Shown here: piece after piece, positions 48,431 through 61,513 of the stretch
Layout of the letters: each line of letters begins with the position of its first letter
Numbering within the stretch: position 1 is the stretch's first letter
Assembly: GCF_030144855.1 (NCBI RefSeq)
Contig: NC_082721.1
Location: 82,584,001 to 82,648,000 of the forward strand
Direction of reading: 5' to 3'
From: Hypanus sabinus
Lineage: Eukaryota
DNA length: 64,000 nt
The notes under the pieces: generated by a model
Database searches by the model: none
What the model was told of the DNA's origin: nothing
Seen by the model: the letters and a program-made list of their open reading frames with translations, nothing else
Program-made: the position numbers and the translations under genes

Positions 48431-50727
48431 TACTTTTTATCTATCCCCTAGAATGTTTTTGAAGTAAAGTTACTACCCTGGTCAGATTAGATTTATTTAA
48501 CACCTACTAGTGTGAAAAATTTTATAAGAGATTTTACCACAGTCTTGGCCCTGATGTTTCGGAGAGGCACTGCTTCATGGAACCCAGATGCAACACACAT
48601 AATTGTTAATAGTTACTTATAACCAGATGCAGTCTTTGGCAATGGGCCAACACAATCCACTATGACCTGAAAAAAGTTCCCCAAAAGCAGGTATTGGTTT
48701 AAGTAGTGCTACTGGAATCACCTGATTAGGTTTTCCTACAACTTGACAGATCTGGCAAGTCTTGTAAAAATTCACAACATCCTTGCTTAAATTAAGCCAG
48801 TAGAATTCCTTCATAATCCTATTCACTGTCTTTCCCACTCCAAAGTGTTCACCTAAAGGTGTACTATGAGCCATGTTTAAAATCTCAGCCCTGTAAACTT
48901 TCGAGACCACAACTTGACGTCCAATGGCTTAATCCTCATTTGCCGACACAGTTGGTGATCTCCACTTCCTCATTAACACCCCATCATTAAGATAACATCC
49001 CACTGACTCGTTCTGAACCTCCTCTTCTATGAGAGCTGTCGCCTTTAACGCAGCAATGTCAGAAACTCAACTTTGCTCCTCTATAAATTCAACCCTGGAC
49101 AAGGCCAAACCTTCCTCATACTCCTTACTACCCAAATCCTGATGTAACATGGAAGGTAGAAAAGTCTCTGACATATTCTCATAAGTGAAACCCCTGTCTT
49201 TGCTATCTGCATTAGCAGGCTTTTCAGACATGCTTCAAGATACTGCACATGCAGGGTAAATATCGGTATCCCTGTGTGGGCCGTCAGCCACAGGCTTGCC
49301 TGCTAGCTGTACTGCTGAATAAATTTTACCCTGGATAGGTGCCAACCTATCCCCACTGTTTGTCAAACTCAGTACCATCACTAAACTTGCAAAGACCATG
49401 TGTACATTATGAAAATTTCCAAACAATCCATTCTCCTATTCCGACGATCTTTAGATGGATTCGTCTCCATAGTAACCCAGACAGGTGGCCTCTCAAAACC
49501 AAAACAATCATTTTCCTCCACATCACAATTGTGAAAAGCAACTCCATAACCTTGAAGGTGTTAACATCCAAATGTTAAAACAAAATTCAGCAAACGAGTC
49601 ATACTTCAACAGGCCATTGTCCTGAATGCAGGGTCAAAGGTTGTGAAACCAGTCCGCACTTCACAAGTTCTTTATTCAAAAATCCAGAACCAGCACCTTT
49701 CGCAATACTTTAAATTATATTTAACTCACTAGCTTTTGGAGCAACGTCTAACACAAGTGACTGAGAACCCTCAGTTTCCACTGGTACCAAGTTTAACTCT
49801 TTATTCACTGAACCAAGTGCATATGAAACAAAAGGACTGCATTCTTTTTCAACCGAGTCAGACACCTCAGACCTTAAACTAAGTTTCAACACAAGGTTCA
49901 ACACCCTGGGAATTCACAGGTACTTCAACAACCTGATCACAGGCAATCAGGACAGTTGCCTCTTCTAGGCTTTCAATACCAGTCCCAGTTTCAAATTCCA
50001 GATTCCCCTGGATTTCCCAGCTACTCTCTGGGAAACTCTCATCTGGAGTAAACTCAACATTTGGGTTGCAACAACCTCGTCTGCTATCCTACTAGACTCC
50101 CGCTGGGTAGCAGCATCCTTTTCATGTTGGTATGCCCTTATATCATCGGGAACAGACTTCTTAAAGTCTTCAATCAAGACGAGCTCTTTCAAGCTGTCCA
50201 AACTCTCAGTTACCCCTTCTGGGGTATACCAGCGATTGAAGCACATACGTTTCTTCCTATCAAACTTTCTCTACTTTTCTCCATAGCCATAGCCTCAGGC
50301 TGTCTCTGCCTTTCTGCTTCATCAGCCTCGAGCTATTTTAACTGCAACTCATACTCATACTTTAATTTTGTTAACTGAAGCTGAACCTCATCCTTGGTAA
50401 GTACTTTACCTTCAGTGAACATTTCCAACACCTCTTCTTCGAATTTCCCTTCAGCTACAAAATGCTCTGCTATTAACAGCTGTATATGAGCCTTCTTCAT
50501 TCGAGTGGTCACCTTAACTTTTAACTTATGAGCAATTCCCTGCAGCACATCCCTCTTTGCATCATCCAAAGCTTCTGGGTTTGGCCTACCACAAACTGAC
50601 TAACCTCAAATGCCATTTTTGCTGATAATCCACTCACACAAATAAAATAGGATTTGCCCCAATCAAATCAACAAGTCAATCAAGCCCCCAACAAGTTTTA
50701 GAATGGCTCCCACCAACTTTTGTTAAT

Positions 50728-50745
50728 GTCCCGGACGAGCCCCCA
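50728..50745 (-). promoter_or_regulatory. Primer-binding site, tRNA-Pro
   Basis: TGGGGGCTCGTCCGGGAC, 17/18 to the canonical PBS-Pro, 4 nt inside the 5' LTR. Confidence 0.9.
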
Positions 50746-51899
50746 ATTTTGTAACGTACACCGTAACGGGTTAAAAAGAACCAGCAGTAATGGACACACC
50801 TGCAGTCTGAGTCTTATGTTATGAACTCTATTTTATTAATAACTACGTGATAAACTAATATAAAACAAGATAAGGTAAACAGGTTAGCAAAGTACATGCT
50901 TATATGTAAGTGATTAAGTAAAGTTCCCAAGCTTCTCCCAGCTCAGGTGATTAGATGATACAGTCTTATGATGGTATGGTAAGTAGTCTGTTTAGTTCTG
51001 GAAATGATTTGAGTAGAATTTGAAAGAGAGACAGAGAGTTGTTTTGTCTTTCCAGTGCTGATGCTATCGATCTTTCACGTCATCCTCTTGCTCCTGGAAC
51101 TTATCAAAGTCACCGACTTGTGATCACAAAAAGAGAACTGCTAGATTTTCACAGAAAGCTATCAACACAGACGAGGGTTAAAAACACTGATAGCTCCCCA
51201 TCAGTCATTCGTTTGTCCACACTGTGAGCAAAAACCCCACCCATGGCACACAAAGCTCAACCAGTGTCTTCCTTGGTGTCTGGTGTGTCTTGTGTGTCTG
51301 ATTACAAATCCAGTCGACCTTGTATATATATCACAAGCTCTGACTACTAGCTGTCCATCATATAGCTCCGCCTTTCAGTTTCCAAGGCAACTCACAGACT
51401 TTCACTCTCTCTGTTGCTGAAATAGCACACATGCTGTTTGCTCCCTCTCTCTCTTTTTAAAGGAACAGTCCACTTCAGAATAAACCTTCAGATCTTGTCA
51501 CAGCAATAATCTTGAAAGTGTGCAGAGAAAATTTTCAAGGACATTGCCAGGATTTGAGGACATGATTTATAGGGAAAGGTTGAATAGGTTCGGACTTCAT
51601 CTTTTGGAATGCCTTTCTCTGCATGGCACAAGAAAGGTTGGGGACCCGTGTCACAGGGTGAAAGATCAACCTGAGGGAGAACTTCTTCACTCAGAGGGTG
51701 TTGGGAATGTACAACAAGCTGTCAGTGGAAATGGTAGATGCAGGTTCAATTGCAATATTTAAGAGAATTTTAGATATGTATTGGAGGGGTGTGGACTGCC
51801 ATGATCTGGCTGGGGGTAGATGGAATAAGGCACCAGATCAAGCTAACATGGACTTAAAGGGCCAAAGGGCCTCATTCTGTGCTGTAGTGCTCAGTGGCA

Positions 51900-54870
51900 A
51901 TAGAGAACCATTGAATCAAAGTAGGAACAGAAGCATCTTTCCATTTCAACAAAATAGTCCTTCTGGCCAATAATATAATAAATGCAATTACATGTTGGTC
52001 TGATAGAGAAATACCATGAATATATTGAGGGATTATACCAAACAGAACTGTCAAATTGTTAGGTTTAAAAATTAATTTTTAAAACTTTAGAAATTGTAGA
52101 GAAAAGAGATTTCAAAAAATGTTTCAACACGGAACACGACCAAAACATTTGTGTCAATATGGCTGTGTCGGTTTTACATCCAACACACTGACCATCAACA
52201 TTAGGAAACATTTTAGACAGTCTCTCCTTTGTCAAATAGTAATGATGTACAATTTTAAATTGAATTAAAAAGTGACTAGCACAGATTGAAGAAGAGTGAA
52301 CCAACTTCAAAATCCGCAACAAATCATGTTAAGCTCTCTCTCCCAATCTTGCTTAATCTTAAGTGAAGGGTAATTGTGCTGTTGTAACAATAAATTTCAA
52401 ATTTTCCCAATAAAACCTTTCACTAAAGGGTTTATTTAAAAATAATATCTAACAGGTCAGAATCCTGTTTATATGGTAAATTACTTAAATATTCTTGTAA
52501 CAAGTGTCTGACCTGAAGATATTGCAGGAAATGTGAATATGAGAGAGTGTATTTAGTTACTAATTTCTCAAAAGACATCAATCAGCCATCTTGGAGCATA
52601 TCCATGAAGGACTAAACTCGTTATTCCTCCAAAGAAGAAAGGTAGGATCACTTAATGAAGATTTAAATAAATATTTTGGATAAATTAAACTAAAAAGTTT
52701 AAATCTTTTAAGATTGAAAAAATTACAAAACTGGAACCGAATTCAGAATGACTGCTTAATCACAGGGTATAAATTTAAATTAGTAATTTTGGCCAGTTGT
52801 AGAGAAGCTCTGAATTACAAGGTTAAGTGAAACAGTTTCACGGCATTCAATTCCAAATCAGCCCAAGGTGGTCGTTCCTTTTTATCAGCCCAATATAACC
52901 AAAAACACATATAACCTATATTAATAGCCCAGTAATACATTCTTAAATTAGGCAAAGCAAGACCTCCATCCTTTTTTAATTTTTGTAAATGATATTTACC
53001 AATTATTGGTCTTTTATTATTGCAAACAAAAGATGAAATAATAGAGTCAAACTGATCAAAATACTTCTTAGTTAAAAAATAGGAATATTTTGAAATACAT
53101 ATAAATATTTTGGTAAAATCATCATTTTAACTGCATGAATTCTGCTGGCTAATGAAAGTGTAAGTAGATTCCATGTACAATATAATTGCTTCATAAAATC
53201 CACTAAAGGAACCAAATTAGCTTTATAAAGGTCTTTATGACTTTTAGTAATAATATTACCTAAATATTTAAAAGAGTCCGTAACTCTAAAAGTAATATCA
53301 TCATATATAGAAGCAGAATCATATAGGGGAAATAATTCACATTTATGAAGGATTAGTTCAAATCCCAAAAACTTTCCAAATTCATTCAATAGTTTCAATA
53401 AACTAGGAATGGATTCTTCAGGATTCCAAATATAAAATAAGAGATTAGTAAACACAAAGTACACTGCAGAAACTGTGCTCAAATCAACACATACAAACAA
53501 GCTGGATGAACTCAGCAGGTCAGGCAGCATCCGTTGAAATGAGCAGTCAATGTTTTGAGCCAAGACCCTTCGTCAGTTCCTCGGACCTTTCGAAGGCTCT
53601 CGGCCTGAAATGTTGACTGTTCATTTCAGCGGATGCTACCCGACCTGCTGAGTTCATCCAGCCTGTGTGTACATGTTGATAAACTAAGAGGATGAATAAA
53701 TAACATTTAACAGTCTCTGAATATTAGAGAAGGGAGAACGGCCCTTTAAAAAGCTGTTTGGTCTTGCGAGATAATTTCAGCAGGAAAATTCTCCAGCCAA
53801 TTAACCATTATTTTTGAAAGAATTTTAGCATCTACATTTAATGATGATCTGCGTCTATATGAAGCACAGTCAGTAGGGCCTTTATCTTTCTTAAGAATTA
53901 AAGAAATAGAAGCTTCATAAAATGTGGGAGGTAACTCTTCTATCAAAAAAGAATCTTTAAGCATTTCCAACACATTTGGAGAAAACAATTTTTCAAAATT
54001 TTTAAATAAAATCCTACATAACAACCATCCAGTCCATGAGCTTTACTGGATTACATTGAAAAATTGGCTTTCTGTATTTCATTTGCAGTAATAGGAGCTT
54101 CAAGAGTTTGTAGATCTTCAAAAGAAATTCGAGGAAAATTGATCTTTTGTAAAAAGGCATTCATTTCAGAAGAATAAACTGGAAACAGATTTATAAAGTT
54201 CAATGCAAAAGTCTTGAAAAATTTTATTCATATCTTCATAATTACATGCTAAACTACCATTTCCCTTATGAATTTATAAAATTTGTCTTTCAGCTCTAGC
54301 TGCTTTTCATTGAGACTCTAATAGCTTATTATTTTTATCAGCAAACACTTAAAATTGACTTTTCAATTTATGCAAATTTCTATCAATAGGATGTTAATAA
54401 TAAATTATATTGTGATTGGAGTTCAATGGTTGTTTGAAAATATCAATGTTAGGAGAGATTGCATAAATATTATCCAAGTCTTTAATTTGTTTTGAAATCT
54501 TATCTAACTCTGTTTTTATCTGTTTCTTAAGCTTAGATAAATAGAGATTATCTGACTGCGCAAAAATATCTTTAAATGTATTCCATATAATCAATTTCGA
54601 CACATCTCCTGTATTATTCAAAAGAAAAATATCTTTTATCTGAGTCTCAATAAATTTGACAAAGTCCAAACTTCATAATAAATTTTCTGGAAAATGCCAA
54701 GGCAAATTTACGATAACAACATCATTCAATTCAAAAGCTAAGCTTAAAGGCACATGATTCCAGAGAATGATAGCATCATATTCACAATTCTGGACTTTGG
54801 ACAAACATTGGAGATCAACTATAAAGTATTCAGTTCTCGAATGTGTACAGACTTTTTCTAAACCGGAAGT
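51900..54870 (-). mobile_element. L1-clade LINE ORF2 relic (endonuclease end to C-terminal Cys region), interrupted by a Penelope pair
   Basis: ASISLILKKDK..SYR..LNVDAKILSK..QDQTAF; FKYLG; HAVKMMILPKYLY; QCVGC..QMFWSC. Confidence 0.85.
53450..53680. mobile_element. Penelope-derived inverted pair with two degenerate hammerhead motifs
   Basis: GCTGGATGAACTCAGCAGGTCAGGCAGCATCCG vs CGGATGCTACCCGACCTGCTGAGTTCATCCAGC. Confidence 0.75.
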
Positions 54871-54874
54871 TATA

Positions 54875-55203
54875 CAGGGGTTCACAACCTGGGGTCCACA
54901 GACTCCTTGCCTTATGGTATTGGTCCATGGCACAAAAAACGGTTGGGAACCCGTGTCACAGAGTGAAAGATCCACCTGAGGGAGAACTTCTTCACTCAGA
55001 GGGTATGGAATGTAGAATAAGCTGCCAGTGGAAATAATAGATGCAGGTTGAATTGCAAAGTTTCAGAGATGTTTAGATAGGTATTGGAGGGCTGTGGAGG
55101 GCTATGATTTGATGGCCGTAGATGGAATAAGGCACCAAATCAGGCCAACATGTACTGGAAGGGCCAAATAGCCTCATTCTGTGCTGTACTGCTCAATGTC
55201 TAT
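54875..55203 (+). repeat. hAT-MITE joined to a CR1 3' tail; direct-repeat partner at 51622-51898
   Basis: Shared junction GGTTGGGRACCCGTG|TCACAGRGTGAAAGATC at 51637-51667 and 54941-54972. Confidence 0.7.
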
Positions 55204-56988
55204 TTATCATCCACTATTTCCTACTTTTTCCTTTCAGCATCAGCAGATCACATGATCAGAGGCCTCCCCTCTATTGATTCACTTCATATTTTGCTTCTAA
55301 TTCTAGGAAAGTAATCGTTCATCTCTATTCTTACAACCCTAGAGGTCGTTGAGTCTCTCATTTCTCTTGAAGTTTCCAAGGTCAAGCTACTTGGTATTTC
55401 AGTGACGTGGAGTGGAACAGGGTTAGAAAGAAGAGGGTGAAGTATGGTTTAAAGTTAATATAACTTTATAAAACAACACAGCTCTTGGGAGTACTGTATC
55501 CCCTAATGTGAATTGTGAATAAGATAAAGTAGCTGACATTTAATCCTGAATTTCCACTTCCTTCTCATCAGTTCAATGTCTATTTTCAGCACCATGATTA
55601 TCAACTCCTTTACGTTCTGATGTTGCTCAGGAAACTTAGAACAGAGAACAATCCAGCACAATACAGGCCCTTTGGCCCATAGTGTTGCGCCAACTTGTAA
55701 CCTGCTCCCTGATCAATCTAACCTTTCTCTCCTCCACAGTGCATAACTGTGTATTTTTGATTTCATCCAAGTTTTTAGCAAAGGGAAATTGGGAGAATTC
55801 TTGAAGGATGAATGCCTTGATTGAGATCATTTCACTCTAATGCACAACGTCCTGGAAAGTCAAATCCACTTTCTGTATTTACCATGTAGTTATGTTTTGT
55901 GGTGTATCTGGCAAAGGATGAGATTAAACAGTGTCTCCCATGAAAGAAGCCCAAACTCAATCACATCCTGTATTCTGATCTCCCTCTTTAGAATCAGAAT
56001 TTAATATCACTGCCATATAGTATGTCATGAAACTTGGTGCTTGTGGCAATAAATAAAAATACATAAATTACAATGTGTAGCCCTCTGTTAGCCTCGATAG
56101 ACCATGGATTTGCACCTTGGAAAGTTTCCAAGGCGTAAGCCTGGGCAAAACTTTTTTATGGAAGACCCACAGTTGTCCAAGCTGCCCTCTCCCCTCTCCC
56201 AAGTCTCCCCTCTCCACACCACCGATGCTGTCCAAGAGAAGGGCATCAGGACCCACAGAGCTTGGCACTGGTGTCGTTGCAGAGCACCGTGTGGTTAATT
56301 GCCTTGCTCAAGGACACACACAATCTCAGCCAGGGCTCAAACTAACAACCTTCAGATCACTAGACAAATGCCTGAACCACTTGGCCATGCACCAACACAA
56401 TAAGGAATAGTCGTATATGTAAAACAGATGGATTTAGTGCAAAAAGAGAGCAAAAAAAAGTGAGATGTTGTTCATGGGTTCATTCATTGTCCAGTTGTGC
56501 ATATATGCAGTTCAGAGCAGAGGAGGTCCCTGCAATCACAATAAAGTCCAAAATACATTACAGCTTGGAGGTTCCCATCAGAAAACTACTTACTATCAGC
56601 CCCAGTGCAAAACTGCCTGTATAAAAACAAACTGAGCATCACACTCCTTGTCAGGAAAACTATTTCAGTCACAGTGCTCATGTCTCGGAATAAAGTGCAG
56701 TCTCACCATGTTATTGGTTAAAAATCCCGATCCTCCCAACCAGCAAACAGAAACTGAAAGACCACAAGATGCAGCCTCCCCTTCTGAACATCTTGCACAA
56801 TTGACACAATAGTCCTCGTACACAAGTTACACACAGTATTTCTACAGTTTCAACAACGCTCTTCCGCACCAACAGTGTGTAGCTCCTCTTCCCCTGTCAT
56901 CAGGTTCCAGATTGCAGCTGTGGTTGAAACCCTTGTTTTTCCTCACACCCCTGCTGTGCTCCTGTCAGCAAAGTTTTCAACTAACTTC

Positions 56989-57455
56989 TGTCGTGTATGT
57001 GATATTTCAATGATATTTGAGTAATTATGTATATATGTTGTTTAATTAGGGATTCTTGTTCATTAAATAATTAATTACAGGTTATGTGTATAATTACGTT
57101 AATCACACTTGTCATCACACTACCATGTGATATGTGTGTCCTTTGCTTAAGGGAAATACGAAGTTACACACATATTCCCAGACACTTGAATCTTCTTTGA
57201 ATTAGTTTAATGTTCTGAAGCTACAAAACTTAACGATGGTAACGAGGATGGGATCATAGTGTGTGAGTACAGCATGTGATGTCACCATTTCCCTTACCTT
57301 TTTGAAAGCCACCTCACACTGCTTTGTCCATTGCCATTTCTTCTCGATCTAAAGGAATGAGTTCAAGAGGCGGAGCAGGTTTGGCAGGAACCTTTTACAG
57401 TCGCTTACAAATCCTAAAAAGGACCGGAACCATGCCTTGGGGCATCCATCAGTGG
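56989..57455 (+). mobile_element. Gypsy-type 5' LTR (~250 bp), PBS (tRNA-Ser GCU) and ~200 bp of internal region, cut at the duplication breakpoint
   Basis: TGTCGTGTATG...AAAACTTAAC, then TGGTAACGAGGATGGGAT (57237-57254), 16/18 to TGGCGACGAGGATGGGAT. Confidence 0.6.
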
Positions 57456-59968
57456 GTTAAATCGATGGGTTGCTGGGTGATGTAGCTCAAAAGGCCAGAA
57501 GGTCCTGTCCCGTTCTGTATCTCAATAAATCAAAAATAGACGGTGAGAAACATCTGCAGAACCCTGTGGGTGTTGGACATTGTGCCTGATGTGTGATCAA
57601 GCACACCGGACTGAGACATGGCTTCAGTTGCTTCCAACACCAGGCACTGTGTGAAAAGATTTTTCTTACCAACATTGATGTTTAATTGTGCTTCACAGAC
57701 AAAATATATTTTTTCAAAATATACATTCACTTTATTAAAATTTACTTATACAAACATGATGACTAGAAACACCCTTTTATGTTAGTATCAACAATGTTGC
57801 TGAGCGGTAGGAACATGAATACCAGTGCTGAAAGATTGTCTGCACAAGACATGGCTTATCAGTGTCTATTTAATATAACACACAGTAAATATCAGTCAGC
57901 GGCTGCAACAAAAGCTTAAAAATATGACAGTGAAACACGTACTGATATACTGTAACAGAAACAGTTTAGAATACAGTATAAATCATCTGCAATTGGATTG
58001 AGTCCACAATGTTGTTACGTAATGACAGAAAGCTCAAGGCACGGAAAAGTACTGAGCCTGATTATTTAGATTTCAGAAACACAACTGGGTGAGTCCAAAA
58101 CTGAGGCAGAATGTAATGTGAAAAGTAATTTAGCAAAAATTAGTAGTTACAGGAATAAAATGGACATATGACAGCTAATTTATCACATTGGGGTATAGTA
58201 CTGGTGGGGACAGGTCTAATTCTGTAACACTGGAGTACGGTAATGACAGGGTAGGGTCTGTAATTGTGTAACACTGGGGTACGGTAATGAAGGGGAACGG
58301 TCTGTAATTGTGTAACACCAGGTACAGTACTGGTGGGGGTTTGTCACTGTTTAACACTGGTATATAACATTCCACACTCTGCCAGATTCTGTTCTAACTC
58401 CACTCATACCACTGGCCCCCACCCTGGTGTTCATGGACCCCTCAGTTAATGGTAGGGGTCCATGACATCAAAAAGGTTGGGAACACCTGACTGACAGGTT
58501 GCATAGCGGGCTGTATCTCACTGAGTCAGTGTACAGGAAAGAGACAGGTAGACAAATAACTGAGTCAGTATGCAGGAAGGAGACAGATAGATAAAAAACT
58601 GAGTCAGTATGCAGGAAAGGGACAGATAGGCAACAACCCTTCCCAGCGCAGGAAACACCAAAGAGCTGCTCATTGACTTTTAGGAGGTCTGGGTTGGGGT
58701 TGAGGGGTGGTGGGTGGTGCGGTGCACCCACACCTGTCTGTACAAACTGTGGTGGAGACTGTTAAGGACTTCAAGTTCCTAGCGGTGTGGATGAGCCTCT
58801 CCTTGCCCATCCTCACAGATCCCATGGCCAGGAAATGTCGCCAATGCCTCTACTTCCCCCGAGGCTAAACAAAGTAGATATGTCCCCGTTGACACTGACC
58901 GATTTTTAATTGATGCAGCATGGGAAGCAGCCTCTCTCAGCTTGGTATGACAACTGCTCTGCCCGTCAACACAAAAAACTGCAGAGGGTGTGGACAGAGC
59001 TCTGCTCATCATGGAAACCAGCCTCCCTTTCAGAGACTCTGTCTACACGTCCCCCTCCCTGAAGAAAGCAACTGGCATCATCAAAGACCCCTCCCACCCC
59101 GGACATTCTCTCTTCTCCTCTCTCCGTATGGGCCGGAGATACAAGAGTCTGAAAGCACACAGCACCAGGCTCAGGGACTGCTTCTACCCTGCTGTTATAA
59201 GTACAATAGACTCTTGACCTCACAACCTGCCTCATTACACTCTAGTACCTTATTTTCTGCCTGCACTGCACCCACTGTCACTGTTACACGTTACTCTGCA
59301 TTCTGATATTGTTTTCCCTTGTACTACCTCAGTGCACCGTGTGGTGAATTGATCTGTATGCACAGTCAGCAAGACAAGCTTTTCACTGTCTCTCTACATA
59401 CGATACTGCCCTCATTCCAATTCCAGTTCCAGAGCACGAGGCCTCTGGCAGTAACCACAATTTCAATGGACTCTCAAAACTATTCTGGCTGCAAGACTAT
59501 TTGAAGTACACTCCCTCCCAGACCTGACCTTGTTCTAGATGCAGAACATGAATGGTGGTCAAGTGTTTAAGAAGGCTGGACAAATATATGCCAATATTTA
59601 TGCACATTTGACACCATCTCTCTACTTTGAACTTTATTTTTATATTAGTCTTTAGTTGCTTGTCACACCAATACACCACAGCAAATTCCTAATTGTATAT
59701 GACAAATAAAATTGATTCTCTCTTTATTATGATATTTCTTTATAATGGATATCAATTTCAGGTAAAAGGAATTTTCCCTCCACCCCCCTCTTCTTCTGTT
59801 CCCCACTCTGACTCCTTAGCTCTTCTCACCTGCTCCTCCTCTTTCCCTTTCTCCTCTGATCCACTCTCCAGCCTGTTACCTTTCCCACCTGCCTTCACAT
59901 CTCATTTTCAGGCTATCCTGCTTCCCGTCACCCTACCATTTAATTCTGTTGTCTTCCCCCTTCCTTTC

Positions 59969-60006
59969 CAGTCCTGATGAAGGGTCTCGGCCTGAAACGT
60001 CGAGTG
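59969..60006 (+). ncRNA. Minimal hammerhead ribozyme motif (paralog of 24117-24154)
   Basis: CAGTC-CTGATGA-AGGG-TCTCGG-CCT-GAAA-C-GTC-GAGTG. Confidence 0.6.
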
Positions 60007-61235
60007 TTTATTCATTTCCAGAGGTGCTGCCAGACTTGCTGTGTTCCTCCTAAATTTTTCAGTGTTGCTTACAACATATCCCTGCTTGTCAACTGTGTAA
60101 AATGAGAAATGTTAGCCCTGAGAATTGTGTACAGCTAGACTTTCTGGAGAAACTAACCATTTATTTGCATATTTTTCTGAATGATTTCGATGATTCAGAC
60201 AAAAGAAAAAAAGTTAATTTATGTTGATTATAAATGCACCTCTCGACAAACAGGTGGTGTACCTCCACCTACATGTTAGAAGAAGCCATCTCAGGTATCA
60301 GGATGGCTACTCTTTCTGAAAGTGGAAGTCTGTGTAACAAGAGGCAAAGTTTCAGGGTGACTGGGTGGTCATTGGGGACTGAATTAGGGAGGAATTTCTT
60401 CTCTCCAGCTGTAAATTGACGGAATTCTTCATGCATGGGTTGTGGATGCGCCATCACTAAATATATTCAATGGAATTGGGTCCAGGTAGGATTAGAAGAC
60501 AAATTTATTTAAAAACATAGAAAACCTACAGAACAAAGATGTGCCGAACAAGTCCCAACCTTAGACATGACCAGGCTTACCCATAGTCCTCTATATTGTA
60601 TTTCAGGAGTGCACTTGGACAGAATGCCAATGGACACCAGTGGATGCTTAAAAACAAGAGAGAGACACCGTGTGGTCGGGGCAGGGAACTGCAGAGTTTA
60701 ACACTGAAGGCAGCTGCAAGCACAGCTCCCCCTAGTGCGGGGATGAATCAGCAATGGACAGCCAGAAAGTCCTTGGGGAGTTGTGTCACTGGAGGAGATT
60801 ACAGGGATAGAAAGCGATCGGATATCGACTATTTAAACAAGAGGATGATAATGATGCAAAAGGTGTTGTCTCACATTTTATCCATTTGCAACAGAATATA
60901 AAGAGAATATTTGTGTCATTTAAGCAAATAGTTACCATGGAAGTAGACGATTGCAACACGTGAACAAGTCTATAATCCAATGGTAATTTCCATGAGGGGG
61001 ACGGAAAGATGCTGGGCTCAAATGCCCTTCCTGCTGAAGTAGCCCTGATGGCCATGTTCAGGTGGTGACTCCGTGTTTGTAGAAATCCAAATCAACATTT
61101 TGATGAATTGATTCAAAACAGCCTGGAATTCAACACTCTTGGGAGTGAAGTGTCCTTGCATTTAGCACAGTATATGTTGCCGGTAGACTGTAGTATTGGA
61201 ATCAGCAATGTCCCTCAGTAACAATAGTCATTAAA

Positions 61236-61513
61236 TTATTGTTTTATCTGCGCAGAATTGATTGGTGTAACACCATTTATATTAGTCTGTGAGTGGTTAT
61301 TGTTTAGAACTTTGTCTGATTTCACTTCTTTTAAAGGAAAAGATTCATGATCATTCCCAGAAGGGATTTCCTGATTTTCGTGTGGTACTGCATTCATGAC
61401 CTTGTAATGCCCTGTTTTCCGAGCTCTGTGTATTAGGAACCAGGCGACTACCAGCACGAGAAACACTATTAGGATGGGTATCAAGATCTGCAGCATCATC
61501 TTCCAATCAACAC
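61236..61513 (-). CDS. ICAM/VCAM-family gene B (paralog), terminal TM/cytoplasmic exon; Ig exons predicted beyond the window
   Basis: Intact acceptor GTTCCCCAG|GT; 278 nt, same length as in gene A; open to TAA; 11 nucleotide differences from gene A by manual alignment. Confidence 0.88.

Larger units (their letters stand above)
46772..51502 (-). mobile_element. Gmr1-like (Ty3/Gypsy) LTR retrotransposon, both LTRs present, internally deleted
   Basis: LTRs 46772-47512 and 50750-51502 (TG..CA); perfect 5-bp TSD GCAAT. The host CR1 frame continues across it (YGKTA|IILESVQRK). Order on the - strand is gag (SCAN-like ELVLIEDFK), PR, integrase (HSTPLGEHFG..CQIC, DCVGP, DQG), then RNase H (DHNPL..ADCLSR). 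Confidence 0.92.

Noticed and set aside
50728-50745. tRNA-Pro gene fragment (similarly the tRNA-like matches at 38809 and 57237)
   Set aside because: Only the 18-nt complement of the tRNA 3' end, directly inside an LTR; these are primer-binding sites.
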